Shown: piece after piece, positions 25,865 to 34,267 of the stretch
How positions within the stretch are numbered: position 1 is the stretch's first letter
Layout: every line of letters starts with the position of its first letter
Assembly: GCA_021825385.1 (NCBI GenBank)
Contig: JAKAHU010000002.1
Coordinates: forward strand, 1 to 38,118
DNA length: 38,118 bases
Source of the DNA: Chloroflexota bacterium
GTDB taxonomy: Bacteria; Chloroflexota; Limnocylindria; Limnocylindrales; CSP1-4
Direction of reading: 5' to 3'
Made by a program: the position numbers and the translations under genes
Notes under the pieces: generated by a model
The model's input: only the letters and a program-made list of their open reading frames with translations
Databases searched by the model: none
Told to the model about the DNA's origin: nothing

Positions 25865-26422
25865 ATGAGGACGAATCCGCGCATGCCCGAGCCTCCGCGT
25901 GACCTGCGTACCCGGGTGGTCGAACCGATCCGCGCCGTCCAGCTCGTCGCCGGGATCTTCGTGGTTGGCATTGTCGTGATCGGCGACACGCTCGCCGACA
26001 CCGCCATCCGCGGGGCGGCTGAGCCGTCGATCGCCGTCGTCGGCGACTTGCTGCGGCTCACGCCGTCGGCGAACGAGGGGATTGCGTTCGGCCTCCTGAG
26101 TGATGTTGGCCCGGCGGTCGTCATCCTCCTCACGGGGCTCGCGCTCGCCGTCGCACTCGCCTCTGTTCGGCGGGTCCGCGGGTTCCTGTTCCGAGCGGCG
26201 ATCTGGCTCCTGCTCGGGGGCGGCCTGGCGAACCTGATCGAGCGAGTCGCCCATGGCCGTGTCCTCGACTACGTGGATCTCGGACTGGGGAACGCACGAT
26301 GGCCGACGTTCAACGTCGCCGATGTCGCCGTCAGCCTCGCGGTCGTCGCTGCGACCGCGGGCATCGCGGTGGAGCGACTGCGGCGCACCGTCGGCGGCGC
26401 GTCGGGCACGGGGCGGCCGTGA
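25865..26422 (+). CDS. lspA: Lipoprotein signal peptidase (signal peptidase II)
   Basis: Motifs NEGIAFGLL, GGGLANLIERV..GRVLDY and FNVADVAVSL with 4 TM segments. The start may be 25883, behind GAGGA. Confidence 0.8.
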   Translation: MRTNPRMPEPPRDLRTRVVEPIRAVQLVAGIFVVGIVVIGDTLADTAIRGAAEPSIAVVGDLLRLTPSANEGIAFGLLSDVGPAVVILLTGLALAVALASVRRVRGFLFRAAIWLLLGGGLANLIERVAHGRVLDYVDLGLGNARWPTFNVADVAVSLAVVAATAGIAVERLRRTVGGASGTGRP

Positions 26423-26844
26423 CGGACGGGCGGCCCCCCGACGATGGTCGGCCGGTCGGCGGCTGGGCCAACGCTGGCCACCTGGGCCCGACGGCCGGCG
26501 TCGCCCTGGGCCAGGACGCAGCCGAACGGCTCGCGGCCGCGTTCGGCCTGCTCGCGGATCCGACCCGGCTGCGGATCATACACGCGCTGGCGTGCTCGTC
26601 CGAGGTCCGCGTCGAGGAACTCGTTCGGCTCATTGGGCTCGAGCAGTCCACCGTTAGCCGGCAGCTCCGGATCCTCCGCGACCGGGCGTTCGTTGGACGC
26701 CGGCGCGAGGGTCGACTGACTTACTACCGGCTGGCCGATGGGTCGCTGCGACGCGTGCTGTGCGGGTCACGCGACGTCGCAGGCGACCTCGCCTCCTTCC
26801 TCGCCGAAGGCACCGGGGCACGACGCGAGCCCACCGAGGGATGA
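26419..26844 (+). CDS. ArsR-family regulator (sensor site unclear)
   Basis: The GTG at 26419 overlaps the lspA stop (GTGA). LLADPTRLRIIHALACSSEVRVEELVRLIGLEQSTVSRQLRILRD...YYRLADGS has no CVC and no DxH. Confidence 0.75.
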   Translation: MTDGRPPDDGRPVGGWANAGHLGPTAGVALGQDAAERLAAAFGLLADPTRLRIIHALACSSEVRVEELVRLIGLEQSTVSRQLRILRDRAFVGRRREGRLTYYRLADGSLRRVLCGSRDVAGDLASFLAEGTGARREPTEG

Positions 26845-27002
26845 CCGCCAGCCGCGGCGCCGGCCGTCGACCGCGCTCGAGATCCCGCGCGCGGCGAGAT
26901 CGCGTCGAGGAGTTCGAGCCAGCGAAGCGGATTCTGGGCGATGACCGCCTCGAGGGCCGTCCAAACTCCACCTACGGACCGGCCCGCACATCCAGGAGGC
27001 AC

Positions 27003-27298
27003 ATGGTGATCGAAACAAGCTACACGTTTGGCTCCGGATCGATGGCGAGATCGCCGACCTGCGACCACGAGTCGAGGCTGCGCTGCGCGACGAGGGCTTC
27101 GGGGTGCTCACTGAGATCGACGTCGCAGCGGTCTTGAAGGCGCGGCTCAGCGTCGAGCGTCCGCCCTACCTCATCCTGGGCGCCTGCAACCCGACGCTCG
27201 ACCACGCAGCGCTCGACATCGAGCCGTCGGTCGGCGCGCTCCTTCCGTGCAACGTCGGCCTCCGCGAGGACGAGCCAGGGGAGACGACGGTCGAGATC
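27003..27298 (+). pseudogene. DUF302-domain gene remnant (1-nt frameshift near 27031, C-terminal roughly one quarter missing)
   Basis: The ATG at 27003 behind AGGAGG gives MVIETSYTFG. In the next frame it continues RIDGEIADLRPRVEAALRDEGFGVLTEIDVAAVLKARLSVERPPYLILGACNPTLDHAALDIEPSVGALLPCNVGLREDEPGETTVEI, a typical CNP-type DUF302. Confidence 0.6.
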
Positions 27299-27370
27299 CG
27301 CCCGCCGTGGGCAGGGTGCGTGTGGTTGCGTGTCGGTTCACGATACTATGAAATGACAGGAGGTAACGAA

Positions 27371-29344
27371 TTGAGCCAGAAGGACCGCCCTGTCGCGGGG
27401 GACGAGCGCGACGACCGCGAGGACGACGAGCGGGAGGGGGCACATTCGGGTCCGTGGTGGACATATCGGCCGATCCTCGGCGCGGTCGGGTCGGGTCTCC
27501 TGCTGGCGGCCGGCTGGCTCGGATCGATCACCGGGGCCCTGCCGGACCCGCTGCCGATCGCGTTCTACCTCGCCTCGATCCCGTTCGGCGGCTACTGGTG
27601 GGCACGCGAGGGCCTGGAAGAGCTGATCCACGATCGCGTGGTTGGCATCGAGGTTCTGATGGGTGTCGCCACGATCGGGGCGGCCGCGCTCGGTGCGTGG
27701 GAGGAGGCCGCGTTCCTCGTCTTCCTGTACGGCTCGGCCGAAGCCGTCGAGTCACTCACGTTCGCCCGGACTCGCTCCGCGATCCGCGCCCTGCTCGACC
27801 TCGCCCCGAAGGAGGCGCACGTCCTGCGCGACGGTGCCGAGCTGACGATCCCGGCGACCGAGCTCGTGCCGGGTGACCTGTTCCTCGTCCGCCCCGGTGA
27901 GGGCCTCGCGACCGACGGCGTCATCCGGGCCGGGCGCTCGAGCCTCGACGAGTCGCCGATCACCGGCGAGAGCGTGCCGGTCGACAAAGGACCGGGGGAC
28001 CTCGTCTTCGCCGGCACGATCAACCGCCAGGGAGCGCTGACGATCGAGGCGACGAAGTCGTTCGCCGACAACACCCTCTCGGCGATCATCCACCTGGTCG
28101 AGGAGGCGCAGGGCCAGAAGGGCCGCGCCCAGCGGTTCATCGACCGCTTCAGTCGCATCTACAGCCCGCTTGTGCTCGTCGGCGCGGCGGCTCTGGCCGT
28201 CGTCCTCGTCGCCTTCGGCGACGATCCGACCGAGGCGATCACCCGGGCGATCACGGTCGTCGTGGCCGGAGCACCATGCGCCCTCGTCATGTCGACACCG
28301 GTGGCGATGGCCGCCGGGATCGGCTCGGCCGGGCGGCGCGGCGTCCTGATCAAGGGCGGGATCCACCTCGAGAACCTGGGCACCGTCCGGGTCGTCGCGC
28401 TCGACAAGACCGGCACGCTCACCCACGGCCGGCCAGTCGTGACCGACGTCGTCCCACTCGACGGCACCGACGAGCGGGACCTGCTCGCGGCCGCCGCCGG
28501 CGTCGAGCGCTATTCCGAGCATCCGCTGGCGCGGGCGATCGTGGCCGCCGCGGCCGAGCGCGGCGTCCTCCCGTCCCAGGCCACCGACTTCTCGGCACTC
28601 GCCGGAGCCGGTGCCACAGCGCGCCTCGACGGCCGGCGCGTCCACGTCGGCAGCCCGGAGCTGTTCGCCGAGCTCGGTGCGACAGCGTCGGCCGCGAGCG
28701 CGGGCCTCCTCGAGAAGATGCGCGAGGAGGGCAAGACCGTCGTCCTCGTCGGCGAGCGTCCGGTCGACACGACGGCCAGCGTGCGCATCCTCGGCCTGCT
28801 CGGGATCCGTGACCAGGTCCGTCCCAACGCCGCTGCGGCGATCCGCGAGCTCCACCGCCTTGGCATCCGCCGGGTCGTGATGCTGAGCGGCGACCACCCG
28901 CGGACGGCCCGGGCGATCGCTCGGGAACTCGGGATCGACGACGTCAGAGCGGGCCTCACGCCCGAGGACAAGGTCGCCGCGATCCGCGAGCTCGAACGCG
29001 CCCACGGTGCGGTGGCGATGATCGGAGACGGGGTGAACGATGCACCGGCGCTCGCCGCAGCGACCGTCGGGATCGCGATGGGGACCGCCGGCTCCGACGC
29101 CGCGATCGAGGCGGCCGACGTCGCGCTCATGGCCGACGATCTCGAAAAGACCGGCGATGCCCTCCGGATCGGACGGAAGGCGCGCCTCGTGTCGCGCCAG
29201 AACCTGGCCTTCTCGCTGGCCATTCTGCCCGTCCTCATCCTGGGCGCCGCGGGCGGCCTGTTCACGATCGCCCTCGTGGTCACCGTCCACGAGGCGGCCG
29301 AGCTGCTGGCGGTCGCCAACGGCCTGCGGGCGGCGCGGGCCTGA
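27371..29344 (+). CDS. P1B-type heavy-metal-translocating ATPase, paralogue of 21217-23157 (no HMA domain, APC motif)
   Basis: ITGES, DKTGTLT, SEHPLA and GDGVNDAPAL are present, with AGAPCALVMSTP and VHEAAELLAV. The TTG at 27371 lies 7 nt after AGGAGG in a locally AT-richer stretch. An in-frame ATG at 27353 is the alternative. The track ORF from 27104 includes the DUF302 remnant. Confidence 0.85.
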   Translation: MSQKDRPVAGDERDDREDDEREGAHSGPWWTYRPILGAVGSGLLLAAGWLGSITGALPDPLPIAFYLASIPFGGYWWAREGLEELIHDRVVGIEVLMGVATIGAAALGAWEEAAFLVFLYGSAEAVESLTFARTRSAIRALLDLAPKEAHVLRDGAELTIPATELVPGDLFLVRPGEGLATDGVIRAGRSSLDESPITGESVPVDKGPGDLVFAGTINRQGALTIEATKSFADNTLSAIIHLVEEAQGQKGRAQRFIDRFSRIYSPLVLVGAAALAVVLVAFGDDPTEAITRAITVVVAGAPCALVMSTPVAMAAGIGSAGRRGVLIKGGIHLENLGTVRVVALDKTGTLTHGRPVVTDVVPLDGTDERDLLAAAAGVERYSEHPLARAIVAAAAERGVLPSQATDFSALAGAGATARLDGRRVHVGSPELFAELGATASAASAGLLEKMREEGKTVVLVGERPVDTTASVRILGLLGIRDQVRPNAAAAIRELHRLGIRRVVMLSGDHPRTARAIARELGIDDVRAGLTPEDKVAAIRELERAHGAVAMIGDGVNDAPALAAATVGIAMGTAGSDAAIEAADVALMADDLEKTGDALRIGRKARLVSRQNLAFSLAILPVLILGAAGGLFTIALVVTVHEAAELLAVANGLRAARA

Positions 29345-29531
29345 GCACGCGCACCCATGGCGGGGCGGGAACGCCGAGCGGCAGGCCAACGTTTCCTACC
29401 GGTCCGCGCGGTCCGCCCGGGGGACGAATCGCCCACGCCATCGAGCGCCCGGCGGCCTGATCCTGGTGGGCGTCGGTCTGTGCTTCGTCTGGATCGCCCG
29501 AGCGAGGTCCTGCCCGGTCACAGGGGCCGGC

Positions 29532-29571
29532 ACTGACGCCCCGCCGGCGTGATCGACGGCGAGGCGTCAGT
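29532..29571. terminator. Hairpin between convergent ATPase and mmsA genes (weak terminator candidate)
   Basis: ACTGACGCC ... GGCGTCAGT forms a 9-bp stem with a 22-nt partly self-complementary loop. Confidence 0.3.
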
Positions 29572-29594
29572 CGGTTGGGTGAGCGCCTGCTCGA

Positions 29595-31142
29595 CTACCG
29601 GTTGCCCGGGAAGACCAGGCTCAGGGTCTCCCGCCGGCTGGGATCCGGCCAGCGCTCGGTGACCATCTTCTGCTGGCTGAAGAAGCGCACGCCGTCCTCG
29701 CCGCGCATGGCGAGGTCGCCGCTGGCCGACTGCTTGGCCCCACCGAAGGAGAGATACCCGGCCGGGACCGGGATCGGCACGTTGACCCCGATCATCGGGA
29801 CCTGGACCTCGAGCTTGAACCGCCGAGCGGCGCCGCCGTCGGTCGTGAAGATCGCGGTGCCGTTGGCGTACTTGTGGCCGTTGATGAGGCTGATCGCCTC
29901 CTCGTACGTGGCGACCCGGACGATGCCCAGGACCGGGCCGAAGATCTCCTCCTGGTAGATCTCCATCTCGGGGGTGACGTGGTCGAACAGCGTGACGCCA
30001 AGGAAGAACCCGTTCGGGTTCGTCGGGTGGACGAACGGCCGACCGTCGACGACCAGCTCAGCACCCTCGGCGACGCCCTTGTCGATCCAGCGAATGATCG
30101 ACTCCCGGTGCTCGCGGCTGTAGATCGGGCCCATGTCGACCCCGGGCTCCATGCCCGGGCCGACCTTGAGCCTGGCGATCCGCTCGAGGATCAGCGGCCG
30201 CAGCCGCTCTGCCGCGTTGCCGACCGCGATCACGAGCGTTTGGGCCATGCACCGCTCACCGGCCGATCCGTAGCCTGACGCGACCGCCGCGTCGGCGGTC
30301 AGCTCCATGTCGGCGTCGGGCAGCACGAGCATCGCGTTCTTGGCACTCGTGAACGAGGCTACCCGCTTGCCGCGCTTGGTGCCCTCCTCGAACACGTGGC
30401 GCCCGACCGCGGTGCTGCCGACGAACTGGATCGCGGCGATATCGGGGTGCTCGACGATCGCGGCGACGGCCTCGCGGCCGCCGTACACGATGTTGAACGT
30501 CCCGTCCGGCCCGCCGGCCTTGGTCCACAGCTCCGCCTGGAGCTGGGTGGCACCCGGGGTGTGCGAGCTGGGCTTGAGGATGAACGTGTTGCCGCACATG
30601 AGCGCGATCGGATAGATCCACATCGGGACCATGGCCGGGAAGTTGAAGGGCGTGATCGCGGCGGTCACGCCGAGCGGTACGCGGAGCGTGAACGCATCGA
30701 CGTTCGTGGCGACGTTCGGTGTGTTCAGGCCGGCCAGCTGGGTCGGCAGGCCGCAGGCGAACTCGATCGTCTCGAGGCCGCGGAGGACCGAGCCAAGCGC
30801 GTCGGGAAACGTCTTGCCGTGGTCGCGGGTGATCAGCTCGGCCATCTCGTTGCGGTGCTGCCAGACGAGCTCACGGAAGGCGAAGAAGATCTCGCTCCGA
30901 GCGATCAGGGGTGTGTCGCGCCAGCCGGGAAATGCGGCCTTCGCCGCGGCGACCGCGCGAGCGACCTCGTCCGCGCCGCCGCGGGGCACGCGAGCGACGA
31001 CCTCGCCGGTGGCGGGGTTCCAGACCGGCCCGGTGTTCTCGGGCAGCACCTCGACCGGCCGGCCGTCGATCCAGTGGGACAGGATGGGTGGGGTCGCGCC
31101 CTCTGCTTCCGCCTCGGGGCGGCCGGTGACCGTGTCGACCAT
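29595..31142 (-). CDS. mmsA: Methylmalonate-semialdehyde dehydrogenase (CoA-acylating)
   Basis: It has the ALDH fold with catalytic GERCMA. The MmsA-type C-terminus is VNVPIPVPAGYLSFGGAKQSASGDLAMRGEDGVRFFSQQKMVTERW. Start at Met10 behind GGAGAGGAGG. Confidence 0.85.
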   Translation of the reverse strand: MVDTVTGRPEAEAEGATPPILSHWIDGRPVEVLPENTGPVWNPATGEVVARVPRGGADEVARAVAAAKAAFPGWRDTPLIARSEIFFAFRELVWQHRNEMAELITRDHGKTFPDALGSVLRGLETIEFACGLPTQLAGLNTPNVATNVDAFTLRVPLGVTAAITPFNFPAMVPMWIYPIALMCGNTFILKPSSHTPGATQLQAELWTKAGGPDGTFNIVYGGREAVAAIVEHPDIAAIQFVGSTAVGRHVFEEGTKRGKRVASFTSAKNAMLVLPDADMELTADAAVASGYGSAGERCMAQTLVIAVGNAAERLRPLILERIARLKVGPGMEPGVDMGPIYSREHRESIIRWIDKGVAEGAELVVDGRPFVHPTNPNGFFLGVTLFDHVTPEMEIYQEEIFGPVLGIVRVATYEEAISLINGHKYANGTAIFTTDGGAARRFKLEVQVPMIGVNVPIPVPAGYLSFGGAKQSASGDLAMRGEDGVRFFSQQKMVTERWPDPSRRETLSLVFPGNR

Positions 31143-31488
31143 GACTCGGGCCTCCTCTCCTGGACGCATGTACTAGGTTAGCGTGCTTCCCGGGCGGCCT
31201 GCCAGAGCGTTCCGCGGTGGGCGGCGAGGGTGATCGACCGGGCGAACGCGATCCTGCGACCGCCGATCGTGACGGTCACCGTGAGGGCGGGTGACACCCT
31301 GAACGATGTCGTCGCCGCGCGGGGGCTGACGCTGGCGAATAGACCGCGGCGTCAACCGAGCTCACGCCTGTGACGGTGAGACGATCCCCGCCGGCTGGGG
31401 TCTGAGCGTGCCCTGGACGCCGCCACGCCATGCCCTGCCGATGTTCGACCGTGGGCGCCTTCGTCCGTACCAGCGGCTCCCGGCGCTG

Positions 31489-31971
31489 TTACTCCTGAAC
31501 CGTCTCGGCAGCCGTGGACCCGACGCTTCGGCGCTCGCCACCGCCGTCCGAGAATGCTTCGTCCGAGAATGCTTTGGGTACGGATGCAGACGCGCGGACC
31601 GGACGAAGAGCCCGTCGCGACGGTGGGCCGTAGTTGCGGCAGGCCTCGATGGTCGGTGTGACCAAGTCGAGAAGCTCGGCGCTCGCCTCGAGGAGCCGTG
31701 AGACGGCCGGGTCGGCGAGTCGATAGCGGTTGAACCGACCCTCGGATGCGACGGTCACGAGTCCACACTCGAGCAGGCAGCGCAGATGGTTCGAAGCGTT
31801 CGAGGCGCTCAGGCCGAGCGTCCGGGCGAGCTCGCCCGCGCTTCGCGGCGCGGTACGGAGCTCGAGGAGGATCCCCAGCCGGGCCGGGTCAGCCAGCCCG
31901 CGAAAGAGCTTGGTCTCGACGGAGAGCGCGCCGGTCTCCCTCGGCAACGCGGCGGCGAGCGTTCGTTTCAC
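31489..31971 (-). CDS. ArsR-family metalloregulator, CmtR-like, paralogue of 24938-25351
   Basis: The GTG at 31971 sits behind AGAGGA. GLADPARLGILLEL...ASNHLRCLLECGLV...IEACRNYGPPSRR. The tail contains an in-frame 15-nt tandem duplication at 31546-31575 (KAFSD/EAFSD). Confidence 0.75.
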   Translation of the reverse strand: MKRTLAAALPRETGALSVETKLFRGLADPARLGILLELRTAPRSAGELARTLGLSASNASNHLRCLLECGLVTVASEGRFNRYRLADPAVSRLLEASAELLDLVTPTIEACRNYGPPSRRALRPVRASASVPKAFSDEAFSDGGGERRSVGSTAAETVQE

Positions 31972-32387
31972 GATCCTCTGAATCCTAGTCCTTGGCGACC
32001 GGTCCGGCAGCGAGTCGGGGGGCCGGTCGGGACGAGCCGGGTCCCGCCGGGATTCGAGGACCTGTCCGTATCGCTGCTCATGACCGACGGGCCAGGAGCG
32101 GTGGGTTGCGCTCGGTCCCCATGGATCGCGGGCATCGATCGCGGGCGGGCACATCACGGCCGCGGGGCGATGCCGGGCACGCCCGCGCGGCAACGGCGAG
32201 GCAGCGCCGCTCTGACTGCGCGAGCTCGGGTCCACCGCCGGTTCGCTGGCGCACGTCGCTGCTGCCGCAACAACATGAACCCGTGGTACACAGCACACCC
32301 CGGACCGACGAAGATGCGAGATGCTGCGCGCTCGGGCCAGGGGATGCCCTGGCCTCAGCGTCCTTTCGAGCATGGGTGGGCCAAGAC

Positions 32388-33629
32388 GTGGATGTGACCG
32401 GACCAGACCTGGCACCTGGCCGCTGGCGGCTGCTCGTCCTGTTGGGCCTGGGCGAGCTGCTCGCGATGTCGCCATGGTTCAGCGCCTCGGCGGTCGCGCC
32501 CCTGCTCACGGAGCAGCTGTCCCTGACCGGCCTGGACCTGCCGATGCTGACGATCGCCGTGCAGCTCGGCTTCGTGGTCGGAGCATTGCTGCTCGCGGCC
32601 ACCGGGGCCGCCGACGTCCTGCCCGCAGGCGGCCTGTTCCTGGCCGGTGCCCTGGCCGCCGCGGCTGCGAACCTCGGCTTCGCCTACTCTGCGGACAGCC
32701 TCGGCGAGGCTGCCGTCTTCCGCTTCGTGACGGGGTTCGCGCTCGCGGGCGTGTATCCCGTGGGCATGAAGATCGTCACCGGCTGGTTCCGGCAGGAGCG
32801 GGGCCTCGCGATCGGGATGCTCGTGGGCGCCCTGACGGTCGGCGCGTCGCTCCCCTACCTGTTCCGGGCCCTCGGCGCCCTGTCGGGTCTCGACTGGCGG
32901 GCGGTCGTCGCGAGCGCAAGCGCCGCCGGGGTGCTCGGTGGCCTGCTGGTCGGCGGCTGGGTGGGCCGTGGCCCGTTCGACGTCGCGGCCCCTCGTTTCA
33001 GTCTCGCGGTGGCGCGACACGCCTTCGCCGAGCCCTCGGTCCGGCTGGCCAACCTCGGCTACCTGGGCCACATGTGGGAGCTCTACGCGATGTGGACGTG
33101 GATCCCGCTCTTCTTCGCGGCCAGCTTCGCGGCGGCCGGCGTGACCGATGTGGCGGCGGCCAGTCTGGCCGCCTTCCTCGTCGTGGCCGCCGGGGGGATC
33201 GGCTGCGCCGGAGCGGGTCTCCTGGCCGACCGCGTCGGTCGGACGACGCTGACGATCGGGGCCATGGCGGTCAGTGGCTCGACCGCGGTGGTCATCGGGT
33301 TTCTGTTCGGGGCCCCACCGGCCCTCACCCTGATCGTCGGGTTGGTCTGGGGCGTCAGTGTCGTCGCCGACTCCGCTCAGTTCTCGGCGGCGGTGACGGA
33401 GCTCGGGCCGCCGGGCACGGCCGGATCAGCCCTCGCCCTTCAGACGGCCTCCGGGTTCCTGCTCACCGGGATCACGATCACCCTGGTCGGTCTGCTGAGC
33501 GCCCCGGATGCCCTCGGCTGGCGGGTCGTGTTCGCGCTGCTGGCCGCCGGGCCCCTGGTCGGGATCGCGGCCATGTGGAGGCTCCGCGGCCGACCCGAAG
33601 CCGTGCGCATGGCGAACGGCCGGCGCTGA
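32388..33629 (+). CDS. MFS transporter
   Basis: About 12 TM segments from VDVTGPDLAPGRWRLLVLLGLGELLAMSPWF.... The upstream 130 codons of the track ORF are Arg/Gly-rich and look non-coding. It is divergent from the CmtR-like gene. Confidence 0.75.
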   Translation: MDVTGPDLAPGRWRLLVLLGLGELLAMSPWFSASAVAPLLTEQLSLTGLDLPMLTIAVQLGFVVGALLLAATGAADVLPAGGLFLAGALAAAAANLGFAYSADSLGEAAVFRFVTGFALAGVYPVGMKIVTGWFRQERGLAIGMLVGALTVGASLPYLFRALGALSGLDWRAVVASASAAGVLGGLLVGGWVGRGPFDVAAPRFSLAVARHAFAEPSVRLANLGYLGHMWELYAMWTWIPLFFAASFAAAGVTDVAAASLAAFLVVAAGGIGCAGAGLLADRVGRTTLTIGAMAVSGSTAVVIGFLFGAPPALTLIVGLVWGVSVVADSAQFSAAVTELGPPGTAGSALALQTASGFLLTGITITLVGLLSAPDALGWRVVFALLAAGPLVGIAAMWRLRGRPEAVRMANGRR

Positions 33630-33720
33630 GACTCGGTCAGGGCCGGACGCGATCTGGCTTGCATCGCCCGGCATGGAGCGGATCGATCGTCCGCGACGAC
33701 CGCGCTGCCCCTGGCCGACG

Positions 33721-34267
33721 CTAACGCTCGGATTCGATCAGTTCCTTGATCCGGCGGAGACTGTTCTCGACCGGCATCGGGTCGAGCGGGTTCGGCGCCC
33801 CGGGGATATCGACACTGATCGTGAACCTGCTGCTGCTCTCGCCCTCGGGCTCGATCGACTGGCGGCCGCGCATCTCGACCGGGCCGTCGTGGATCAGGAA
33901 CCCGATCGCGCGGGGCGGATCGAACTCGATGCACTCCATCGTGCCATCGATCGGGTACCCGGCGCGGGTGTGACGCCGCCGCACGACGGTTCCCACCCCG
34001 AGCGGCCCGGGCGTGATGAGTGGTGGCCGACGCCGAGCTTTGAGTCCACGATCGGGGCCCGAGGGAGCAGAGGCCATCCCGGTGGGTCTGGCGAGCGCCC
34101 TTCGCATCCAAGCCGGCCGCACCCTCGCGCTCGGCGAACGCCCGCACCTGGTCGGCCGGGCCGTAGCCGGGACCAGATGATCTCCTCGTCGGGATCGGCG
34201 AACGTGCGGATGCGCCAGGAACAGGCGCTCCGGTCGGTCTTGGGCGCTCTCGGGTGACCCACTTCAT
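33721..34267 (-). pseudogene. SRPBCC-like gene, C-terminal half intact, N-terminal half apparently frameshifted
   Basis: The C-terminal frame reads GPLGVGTVVRRRHTRAGYPIDGTMECIEFDPPRAIGFLIHDGPVEMRGRQSIEPEGESSSRFTISVD...LRRIKELIESER. A coupled ATG at 34267-34265 (MKWVT...) overlaps the CDF stop by 1 nt but is in a different frame. Confidence 0.4.

Noticed and set aside
26845-27002. Protein-like antisense translation (VWTALEAVIAQNPLRWLELLDAISPRAG) between the ArsR gene and the DUF302 remnant
   Set aside because: It is short, has no start or stop context and matches no recognisable family. It could be another gene scar, but this is unsupported.
27104-29344. Single 746-aa DUF302-ATPase fusion protein as given by the ORF track
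   Set aside because: The DUF302 part lacks its own N-terminus in this frame and its C-terminal quarter. A strong AGGAGG plus TTG/ATG start at 27353-27371 gives an ATPase of the same size as its paralogue. Kept as a finding, not as a feature.
31262-31400. LysM-like fragment (VTVRAGDTLNDVVAARGLTLAN, then in another frame ...GETIPAG)
   Set aside because: It is only about 40 codons, needs a frameshift, and has no start or flanking domain. The resemblance is too weak to call without a search.
31992-32387. N-terminal 130-codon extension of the MFS ORF, or a separate gene in the 416-nt divergent region
   Set aside because: The translations in all frames are Arg/Gly/Ala-rich without motifs. The MFS hydrophobic core starts right after the GTG at 32388.
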